Source: Eledone cirrhosa (lineage: Eukaryota). Taken from it: a stretch of 64,000 nucleotides of DNA. Position 1 is the first letter of the stretch, and each line of letters begins with the position of its first letter. Below the pieces are notes generated by a model. That model made no database searches, had not been told where the DNA came from, and saw nothing but the letters and a program-made list of their open reading frames with translations. Where the stretch lies: assembly GCA_964016885.1 (NCBI GenBank), contig OZ024740.1:242482001-242546000 (forward strand), given 5' to 3'. The position numbers and the translations under genes were made by a program. This document shows positions 50,535 through 64,000 of this stretch, piece by piece.

Positions 50535-51643
50535 GGAAGGTTCTGTAGGAGCAGTAGATAGCTTCTGCTCCTACAGAACCTTCCTATATATAGCAGTGTA
50601 TGTGAGTGTTCTGAAAGTATAGTAGCCAGAGTGAGAATGGAATGGAAGAAGTTCAGAAAGCTAACTACCGTTGTTAGATACAAAAAGCTTTTCCCTCAAA
50701 ATGAAAAGCAGATTACATGATGCGTGTCATACCAACAGCAATCTTGCATGGTAGTGAAGTTTGGCTGCTGTGTGCAGAGGACCTGCAAAAATTGGAAAGA
50801 AATGAAGCTAGCATACTTCAATAGATGTGTAACATTAATATACATGAACAGCAAGGCATAAATGAACTGAGAGATAAACGGGTATAAGAGGAGTCAGATG
50901 CAGTGTGCAGGAGAGGAGAATGCATTGGTATGGAAACATGATACATATAAAGGAGCTACAACTGTATAAAAAGGTGCAGAGTGCTCAAAATTCATGGAAG
51001 CTATGGAGTAGGAAGACCTAGGAAGACTTTGGATAAGGTGATAGAAGCTGACCTTGCACAATTGCACCTGTCAAAGGCAATAATACAGAAGACCCGCCTT
51101 ACCATGAGTACACGTTGAAGCATACATCTAGTATGCACCACTTTCACCTCCCACGTCCTAACACTTCACCCATCTCCTAATAATCTGCCCCTCACAAACG
51201 CCCCTATACTCAACACCCCAATCCCTATATTTCTTCCCCCACACAGTCTCCATGCCACACTGTAGTGATCATAATGGCGACCACTCCTCACACATACCCC
51301 TATACCCATCTCCTCAATCCCCACACACCTCCCTCTCACCAAAGTTCCTAGCCCAAACTGTAAAGTGGTCATGTAGGGGTCACAACAAAGTACACAGTAC
51401 ACACTGCACTCAGTACACACTGTAAATGTGGTTGGCATTAGTAAGGGCATTCAGCTGAAGAAACCAAAATCACTTCTGTACGAGCATGGTGTGGTCATCT
51501 GGAACAACTCATCTAACTCATGCTAGCATGGAAAAATGGACATTAAAGGGTGATGGTGATGATGTTGATGATATAACAACCTGTCTAATCCATGCCGTTG
51601 TGGAAAGCAGACATAAAATGATGATGATGATGATGATGATGAT
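50535..51643 (+). mobile_element. Older 5'-truncated RTE LINE with 3' UTR and (ATG)n tail
   Basis: CSESIVARVRMEWKKFR, LHGSE and GVGRPRKT remnants, collinear with 54300-55297. Confidence 0.85.
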
Positions 51644-51700
51644 GACACACACACACACATAATACATGCATATATGTGTGTGTATGTATATATATACAAA

Positions 51701-54700
51701 TCCAAAGATAACGACAAATTCACCTCATGCTGCCGGACCAAAAGGCAAGGACTCCTCCTCTTTGTTTCGGCCGCGGATGGCCAACATAACCCCAACCCCA
51801 TCCCTCTCACCCCTCCCCGCACCCCAACGTTCCCACCCACCAAACGCAATCCAAAACTTCAGAGTTGGTACCATGAATGTAGGCACCTTAAAAGGTCGCT
51901 CAAACGAGGTTGTAGAAATGCTTGAACGTAAGGAGGTTGATGTTTGCTGTATCCAAGAGACCAGGTGGAGGGGTGGGTCTGCTAGATTCATTGTGGGCAA
52001 AAACGATGCTATAAGCTTTTCTGGGTGGGAAATGACAATGGGCTGGGTGGGGTAGGAATCATGTTAGCAGAAAAATGGATGGATAAGATAATAGACGTAA
52101 ATAGAGTGAACGACAGAATAATTAAAATAAGACTTGTTCTAAATAGAACTACTGTGACAGTAATATCTGCGTATGCACCACAATCCGGACTGCCTGGCGC
52201 TATAAAAGTCAGATTCTATGAGACACTGATGCTCACTACCTCCCAAATAACCGACAGTGACTATATAATTATTGCTGGCGACCTAAATGGTCACGTTGGA
52301 CAACATTGTGACGGCTATGACGGAATCCATGGAGGCTATGGATTTGGTACTAGAAATGAGGAAGGCTCCAGAATCCTGGATTTCTGTGACGCAAATAACC
52401 TAACTATCTGTAACACTAACTTCAAAAAACGAGACAATCACTTGATCACCTATAGATCAGGGGAACACGCCAGTCAGTCAGATTATATCCTTACCAGAAG
52501 ACGTGATAGAGTGTCTGTTCTAAACACCAAATCCCTCCCCCATGAAGAATGCACCTCCCAACATAGACTCATAGTCAGCAACCTCATAGTCAGGACGAGA
52601 CGTACTAGACAGCAGAAGAGGACTATCCTCAAGAGAAAAATATGGAAGTTAAAGGACCCCACAGCCAGTAATAAATTTAAAAGCATATTACTTGATGCTT
52701 TCGACAGTAAGGAAGAGCAATTAGAGTCGTACAATATAGAGGAACAGTGGGAATTCCTGAAAGCAAACCTGCTGATGGCGGCAGATGAAGTCTGTGACTG
52801 GAGCAGGTCTATAGGCAGGAGGAGAGTAACGTGGTGGTGGAACAGTAAGGTGGAGGAGTCAATTAAGGCCAAAAAGCAGGCTTGGCTTGGAAAGTATGGC
52901 GGGATGGGGGAAGTAGAGAAGACTATCAAGTGGCCAGGAGGGAAGCTATGAAACAAGTGTACTTCGCAAGAAGGGAAGCAGAGGAAAGAAAGTTCAAGCA
53001 TGTTCTACAACGCGAGGACCAAAAACGTAAAGTGTTCAGGATTGCTAGGCAATGTGTCAAGGAAAACCGTGATATTGTCGGGGAGAAGTGTGTCCTTAAT
53101 GATGATGGTGTACTTGCTATCACTGACGCTGATAAGAATGTAGCTTGGAAGTGTCACTACGAAAGGCTACTAAAAGAGGAGAATAAATGGGAGAAAGACA
53201 GTCTCCCCCACATCGATCCAATAGAGGGACCAGCAGTGTTAGTCGAAGGTAGTATAATAAGTAAGGCAATCAAAGATATGAAGACGCGTAAGGCGGCTGG
53301 GCCTTCGGAAATAGTTGCTGAAATGCTGAAAGCTTCTGGAACGGTGGGACACACTATGGTCACCCGGATAGTAAACCAAGTCAAACAGAATGGGGTTGTT
53401 CCGAAGGACTGGCGTAGCAGCATCATCATTAACTGCTACAAGGGTAAAGGAGATGCCCTAGATAGGGGTAACTATAGAGGCATTAAATTAATCGACCAGG
53501 TCATGAAGTTCACAGAAAAAGTAATAGCGCAACTAATCAGAGAACGAATTGATCTAGATGAAATGCAGTTCGGGTTTGTGTCAGGTAAAAGTACCATAGA
53601 CGCTCTTTTCATTGTACGACAACTACAGGAGCAGTACCTAGCTAAAAGTAAACCCCTATACTTAGCTTTTGTTGACTTGGAGAAAGCCTTTGACAGAGTC
53701 GCCCGTTCCATTATCTGGTGGGCTCTTAGAAAACTAGGTGTTGATGAATGGCTTGTGAGAGCTATACAAGCCATGTATAAAGAAACAGTCAGCAAGGTTA
53801 GAATTAACAACGAATATAGTGAAGAGTTTAGCGAAAAGTTGGTGTTCATCAGGGCTCCGTTCTTAGCCCCCTACTATTTATTATTGCCCTTCAGGCTATA
53901 ACAGAGGAGTTCAAGACCGGCTGCACATGGGAACTCCTATATGCAGATGATCTAACGCTCATAGCTGAATCAATGGCTGAACTAGAGAAGAAATTCCAAA
54001 CATGGAAGCATGGCCTAGAATCAAAAGGCCTTAAAATTAACCTGTCTAAGACTAAAGTTCTAGTTTGTAGGAAGGAAAATAGGGCACCGGTCCCATCCGG
54101 GAAATGGCCATGCTCAGTGTGTAGGAAAGGAGTAGGCAGAAACTCCATTTTATGCCCCAAATGCAAAGTATGGGTGCATAAAAGATGTAGTGGAATCACA
54201 GGTAAGCTAACTAAGAATATAGATGTTATATGTGGCCGGTGTTCTCTGGCAATAAGTAGCAGCAAGTGCCCACTGAATACTAGCTCATTCCATTGCACAG
54301 ATGGTTCTATAGAAATGGTGGACACCTTCCGTTACTTGGCTGACAAAATCAGCAGTGGTGGAGGGTGCTCTGAAAGTACAGTAGCTAGAGTCAGAACGGG
54401 ATGGAAAAAGTTCAGAGAGCTTATACCACTATTAGCCGCTAAAGGGTTCTCCCTAAAAATGAAAGGCAGGCTGTATGATGCCTGCATACGAACAGCAATG
54501 TTGCATGGCAGTGAGACCTGGGCATTGTGTGCAGAGGATATACGCAGACTGGAGAGGAACGAAGCTTGCATGCTCCGCTGGATGTGTAATAGTAATATAC
54601 GTCAACAGCAAAGCATAAACGAACTAAGGGAAACATTAGGAATAAGAGGGATCAGATGTTGTTTACTCGAGAGAAGACTACGTTGGTAAGGTCACGTGAT

Positions 54701-55266
54701 GCGCATGAAAGACGACAGCTGTATAAAAAAGTGCAGGGCAATAAAATAGACGGTAGCCAAGGAGTAGGCAGACCCAGAAAAACCTGGGACGACTTGATAA
54801 ATTCCGACCTCACACACTTACACCTCTCCAAGACAATGTCACTGGACCGAGATCTTTGGCGCTACACAGTAATACAGAAGACCCGCCTTACCTAAACATA
54901 TAGTGAAACCTACTACAGTCAGTAGGCACCTCTAACAAAAATACACCCCCGTCCCACTACCCCCACCCCATCCACACCACCCCTTTCAATGTAAAGTTAT
55001 GTTGGTACCACAAAATCCAGTCCGAAACAAATGAGGCCGTGTAGGTGTCACGACAAAAAAAACACACAGTCCACGCTGTAATGTGGCCGTGTAGGTAACA
55101 CGGTAAAAACCTCCCAGTCCACACTGTAAACGTGGTTGGCGTTAGGAAGGGCATCCAGCCGTAGAAAACCCGCCAGACAGTCCTATGCGAGCAAGACAAC
55201 CACTCTTGCCTCAAGTGGGAAAACTCCCGTCCAAACCCATGCAAGCGTGGAAGATGGACGTTAAAC

Positions 55267-55297
<31 letters not shown>
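51701..55297 (+). mobile_element. RTE LINE copy 1, near full length; APE-RT(+PHD) ORF with a few frameshifts and stops
   Basis: NVGTL, IQET, GDLNGH, SQH (APE); NYRGIKL, DLEKAFDRV, LLYADD (RT); LHGSETW; (ATG)n tail. Confidence 0.96.
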
Positions 55298-55351
55298 TAT
55301 AATATCATCAGCAGTAGCATTTAAAGTCTATTTTCCAGGATAGCATGGGTT

Positions 55352-55387
<36 letters not shown>

Positions 55388-55432
55388 ATAATACAAGGAC
55401 GAATGCTTACGCCTTCATTATATTTACTGGTT

Positions 55433-55517
55433 GGTGACGCACGTTTCCCTACTGATCAGCTCAAGGTTTGATCTCTATCGATCTGGCCCGACTCTGGAAT
55501 CAAAGGCTCATCGGACC
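55433..55517 (-). ncRNA. Hammerhead-like motif with a long stem II insert
   Basis: Minus: GGT CCGATGA GCCT...AGG GAAAC GTGC GTC ACC; core position U4 is C. Confidence 0.5.
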
Positions 55518-55620
55518 TCTGTAGTATTATTATATTACACTTCAATACTGATGTGAACCTAAATATTGAGTGCTCACCAGGGTGAACCTACAGTAACTTT
55601 GTCTTACACTCCTTGGATAC

Positions 55621-55700
55621 ATATATATATATATTAATATATATTAATATATATTAATATATATTAATATATATTAATATATATTAATATATATATATAT
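55621..55700. repeat. 80-bp perfect AT-only palindromic tandem array
   Basis: (AT)5 + (ATATTAATAT)x6 + (AT)5. Confidence 0.92.
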
Positions 55701-55702
55701 AT

Positions 55703-58728
<3,026 letters not shown>

Positions 58729-60489
58729 CTATATATATGAAATTTGAAACATTGGCTTACAAAGCATTAGGAAAATTTCAATTACGAAATGTGTGTGTTT
58801 CAGCACAAATGCATATAATAATAGTTGATCCCTATAAATAATTGTTGTGAAAATCAGGTAAAGTACCCCTGGAGACAGAAAAAAGTGAAAAGAAAGCATA
58901 TTTTGCTTGTATGTTTAATTTTTGCATGGTTTCTGGGATTGAGAGGCTTTCATAACATCAACTACTTTACAGAGTGCCCTGGGACCATCTTATTATTGTC
59001 TTCAGCAAGATAGAAGAGTCCTTTCTATCCTATGTTGTCTTCATTTGATTGCCAACTATGGATCATACAATTTTAGTCAAGAAAATTTGGTCATCATCCT
59101 CACCACCACTATCATCATCATCATCATTTGCAGTAACTACATTTTCACTGCTGTTGCTGCCTTTACCATCACCACCAACACCACTATAATCCTTATGATT
59201 TTTATTATCTTCATTGCTACACTATTATCTAGTCTTCCTCCTCCTGCTCAGCATAATGACCATTGCCATCATTGCTATCATTGTTGTCGTCAATCAGTCA
59301 TTCAGATTGACATCATTTTAAATTTGCCTTTTTTTCCCAAATCTGAAAAAGAGCATTTTCTTGGAAATATAACAAAAATGAAAAACCAATATTTTCTGAT
59401 AAGCTATTGTTAATTAATCAATAAAACATAGAAATTCTACTGGAAATTCTCAAAGAACACAACTTTAAAATAGTATTAAAATTTCAGCTTAAAATCTAAA
59501 TCTAAGCATCATATTTTGCCTAAGCCTTTAATGTTGAATGGATTTTCTTCAGTCTCTGAAATATAATCATGTTTATTGTTTCTTAGTGAAATATTTCTTT
59601 GACAGGTTAAATGAAGAAAAAAATATAAACAGCTGAAATATTGTTACAAAACCTGAATATCATATTCCATTTCTCATTAATTTCTTTTTTTTTTTTTTAC
59701 TTCTTAGCAAAGATTACTTCACCATCGCAACCACCACAATAAACAAATGTAAAAAAATGTTTCTTTACACACAATATCTTCATGGACACATACAAAGTTG
59801 TCTAAAAATCTAGAGACAAAACATGTAGTCTAGAAAAGCATTGAAACATAAAAATGATAACTCATCAGTTTTTTTATTAATCAAAATAGAATGTTATAAT
59901 ATACAAGTCAATTTATTTGTTTTACTCAAGCCCTAAATGGTTGTTGGTTTATAAGCAGTGTCTCTGTGGTCAATTAAAGGTCGCTCCTTTTCTTGTTATA
60001 AAATATTTCAATTTTTTTCTCCTCTAAGCATAAATTAATTAGTTGTAACCTAAGATAAATTATGTGTGAAAAGACGGAATGATCATAGCTTGGATGTCTT
60101 TCATCATCCTTCTGTTTATCAGGGCCACCTTGGGGTTAAATAACAGTTTCCTTATATTAGACCGATAATTTTCAAAAAGCCTTAGAAAAATACAAAGAGC
60201 AAATGATGACAAATAAAACAAAAAACAAAGTAATGTTTTACCCAGTGTATTTCAACATGATATTTCAGGGCTAATACCCTATTTTCAAATGTAGAGCTGA
60301 AACATTTCAAAACAAAACGAACAATCAAGGTGTTCTTTCTTAACTGGCCTATATTAAGTTTAAGATTTAAGACCAAAGCAAACAGAAATCAACAAAAACT
60401 ACTTCAATATTTTTATGTTTTTATCCACTTGAAGTGAATAAAGTCTCAGTAATATATTTTCTGATTCAATTAACTTGATGTTTGTCCAT

Positions 60490-60640
60490 GCTGCATTTGC
60501 GCTTGAGAATGTGCTACCAATGCTGCATCATATGCAAACAACATTTCTCTGATGAGTACCTGGTGAATCCTGGATTTTGTTTTCAGCCTAGACAGAAATT
60601 CTGTCAGGTTGTTCTAAATAATCTCCTTGTATTTTTAAAA
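60490..60640 (-). mobile_element. Old RTE (BovB-like) RT fragment
   Basis: RLKTKSRIHQVLIREMLFAYDAALVAHSQAQMQ resembles the RELLFADDAALVAH motif. Confidence 0.65.
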
Positions 60641-60779
60641 TCCCATTATTCGCTTATTATTATTGTTATATGCTTGTCCAATTATGCCCAAAATTCAAAG
60701 ATTTTATTTAAACCCTCTCGCTAACTACCCCATACCCCTCCCACCCGCCTCCACTCTCCACCATTATAATTAGGACCAA

Positions 60780-63700
60780 TCATAAGTCAGCGGCCTATGC
60801 TATCACTTCTGGTTGCTTGCCGATATGATGGATGGACTATGGAATTCTGGAGAGTCTGAAAAATCTGGACACTCAGTGACAATGCCAAAGATAAAGACAA
60901 ATTCACCTCATGCTGCCGGACGAAAAGGCTAGGACACCTCTTCTTTGTTTAGGCTGCGGATGGCCAACATAACCCCAACCACTCCCCCTCCCCCTCCCCA
61001 CCACCCAACGTTCCCACCCACCAAACGCAATCCAAAACTTCAGAGTTGGTACCATGAATGTAGGCACCTTAAAAGGTTGCTCTAACGAGGTTGTAGAAAT
61101 GCTTGAACGTAAGGAGGTTGATGTTTGCTGTATCCAAGAGATCAGGTGGAGGGGTGGGTCTGCTAGATTCATTGTGGGTAAAAAACGATGCTATAAGCTT
61201 TTCTGGGGGGTAAATGAGAATGGGCTGGGTGAGGTAGGAATCATGTTAGCAGAAAAGTGGGCAGATAAGATAATAGACGAAAAATAGAGTGAACGACAGA
61301 ATAATTAAAATAAGACTTGTCCTAAATAGAACTACTGTGACAGTAATATCTGCATACACGCCCCAATCCGGACTGCCTGGCGCTATAAAAGACAGATTCT
61401 ATGAGACATTGATGCTCACTACCTCCCAAATAACCGACAGTAACTACATAATTATTGCTGGCGACCTAAATGGTCACATTGGACAACATTGTGATGGCTA
61501 TGACGGAATCCATGGAGGTTATGGGTTTGGTACTAGAAATAAGGAAGGCTCCAGAATCCTGGAATTCTGTGACGCAAATAACCTAACTATCTGTAACACT
61601 AACTTCAAAAAACGAGACAATCACTTGATCACCTATAGATCAGGGGAACACGCCAGTCAGTCAGATTATATCCTTACCAGAAGACGTGACAGAGTGTCTG
61701 TTGTAAACACTAAATCCCTCCCCCATGAAGAATGCACCTCCCAACATAGACTCATAGTCAGCAACCTCATAGTCAGGACAAGACATACTCGACAACAGAG
61801 GAGGACTATCCTCAGGAGAAAAATATGGAAGTTAAAGGACCCCACAGCCAGTAATAAATTTAAAAGCATATTACTTGATGCTTTCGACAGTAAGGAAGAG
61901 CAATTAGAGTCGTACAATGTAGAGGAACAGTGGAAATTCCTGAAAGCTAACCTGCTGAAGGCGACAGATGAAGTCTGTGGCTGGAGCAGGTCTATAGGCA
62001 GGAGGAGAGTAACGTGGTGGTGGAACAGTAAGGTGGAGGAGTCAATTAAGGCCAAAAAGCAGGCTTAGAAAGTATAGCGGGATGGGGGAAGTAGAGAAGA
62101 CTATCAAGTCGCCAGGAGGGAAGCTAGGAGACAAGTGAATTTCACAAGAAGGGAAGCAGAGGAAAGAAAGTTCAAGCATGTTCTACAATGCGAGGACCAA
62201 AAACGTGAGGTATTCAGGATTGTTAGGCAATGCGTCAAGGAAAACCGTGATATTGTCGGTCAAGTGTGTCCTTAATGATGATGGTATACTTGCCATCACT
62301 GACACTGATAAGAAGGTAGCTTGGAAGTGTCACTATGAAAGGTTACTAAATGAGGAGAATAAATGGGAGAAAGACAGTCTCCCCCACATCGATCCAATAG
62401 AAGGACCAGCAGTGCTAGTTGAAGGTAGTATAATAAGTAAGGCAATCAAAGATATGAAGACGGGTAAGGCGGCTGGGCCTTCGGAAATAGTTGCTGAAAT
62501 GCTGAAAGCATCTGGAACGGTGGGACACACTATGGTCACCCGGATAGTAAACCAAGTCATACAGAATTGGGTCATACCAAATGACTGGCGTAGCAGCATC
62601 ATCATTAACTGCTACAAGGGTAAAGGAGATGCCCTAGATAGGGGTAACTATAGAGGCATTAAATTAATCGACCAGGTCATGAAGGTCACGGAAAAAGTAA
62701 TAGTGCAACTAATCATAGAACGAATTGATCTAGATGAAATGCAGTTCGGGTTTGTGTCAGGTAAAAGTAACACAGACACTCTTTTCCTTGTATGACAACT
62801 ACAGGAGTAGTACCTAGCTAAAAGTAAACCCCTATACTTAGCTTTTGTCGACTTGGAGAAAGCCTTTGACAGAGTCCCCCGCTCCATTATCTGGTGGGCT
62901 CTTAGAAAACTAGGTGTTGATGAATGGCTCGTGAGAGCTATACAAGCCATGTATAAAGAAACAGTCAGCAAGGTTAGAATTAACAACGAATATAGTGAAG
63001 AGTTTAGCGTAAAAGTTGGTGTTCATCAGGGCTCTGTTCTTAGCCCCCTACTATTTATTATTGCCCTTCAGGCTATAACAGAGGAGTTCAAGACCGGCTG
63101 CCCATGGGAACTCCTATATGCAGATGATCTAACGCTTATAGCTGAATCAATGGCTGAACTAGAGAAGAAATTCCAAACATGGAAGCATGGCCTAAAATCA
63201 AAAGGCCTTAAAGTTAACTTGTCTAAGACTAAAGTTCTAGTTTGTAGGAAGGAAAATAGGGCACCGGTCCCATCCAGGAAATGGCCATGCTCAGTGTGTA
63301 GGAAAGGAGTAGGCAGAAACTCCATTTTATGTCCCAAATGCAAAGTATGGGTGCATAAAAGATGTAGTGGGATCACAGGTAAGCTAACTAAGAATATAGA
63401 TTTTATATGTGGCCGCTGTTCTCTGGCAATAAGTAGCAGCAAGTGCCAACAGAATACTAGCTCATTCCATTGCACAGATGGTTCTATAGAAATAGTGGAC
63501 ACCTTCCGTTACCTGGGTGACAAAATCAGCAGTGGTGGAGGGTGCTCTGAAAGTACAGTAGCTAGAGTCAGAACGGGATGGAAAAAGTTCAGAGAGCCTA
63601 TACCACTATTGGCCGCTAAAGTGTTCTCTCTAAAAATGAAAGGCAGACTTTATGATGCCTGCATACGAACAGCAATGTTGCATGGCAGTGAGACCTGGGC

Positions 63701-64000
63701 ATTGTGTGCAGAGGATATACGCAGACTGGAGAGGAACGAAGCTTGCATGCTCCGCTGGATGTGTAATAGTAATATACGTGAACGGCAAAGCATAAACAAA
63801 CTAAGGGAGAAATTAGGAATAAGAGGGATCAGATGTTGTTTAATCGCGAGAAGACTACATTGGTATGGTCACGTGATGCGCATGAAAGACGACAGCTGTA
63901 TAAAAAAGTGCAGGGCAATAAAATAGACGGTAGCCAAGGAGTAGGCAGACCCAGAAAAACCTGGGACGACTTGATAAATTCCGACCTCACACACTTACAC
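60780..64000 (+). mobile_element. RTE LINE copy 2 (same family as copy 1), runs off the window
   Basis: Collinear and highly similar to 51701-54823; has a putative ATG (MPKIKTNSPHAAG) near 60882; mostly different disabling mutations. 5' boundary approximate. Confidence 0.96.

Noticed and set aside
60715-60980. HDV-like ribozyme in the RTE 5' region
   Set aside because: Known for some RTEs, but I could not build the nested double pseudoknot by eye. It needs a descriptor search.

Overview
AT-rich eukaryotic DNA dominated by transposable elements and (TA)n/(CA)n/(ATG)n microsatellites. The repeat repertoire suggests a coleoid cephalopod such as Octopus (inference from recognition, not from a search). 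No host gene can be named; there are only weak candidate exons on either side of a CpG-retaining central block. The one long intact ORF is ORF2 of a 5'-truncated Tx1/L1-group LINE (33803-37240, minus). It sits in the 5' terminus of a 6.7-kb Helitron, which lies head-to-tail with a second, deleted Helitron only 4 bp away. Also present: two young RTE LINE copies whose RT ORF carries an embedded PHD finger, a Naiad-type Penelope-like element, a Tigger/pogo transposon, a hAT remnant, piggyBac-like and Tc1/mariner MITEs, at least three tRNA-derived SINE families and a small LTR-type element. Six hammerhead-ribozyme-like motifs and several perfect fold-back palindromes were found, two of the latter at the same homologous position in different RTE fragments. 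Coordinates were read by eye and may be off by a few bases.
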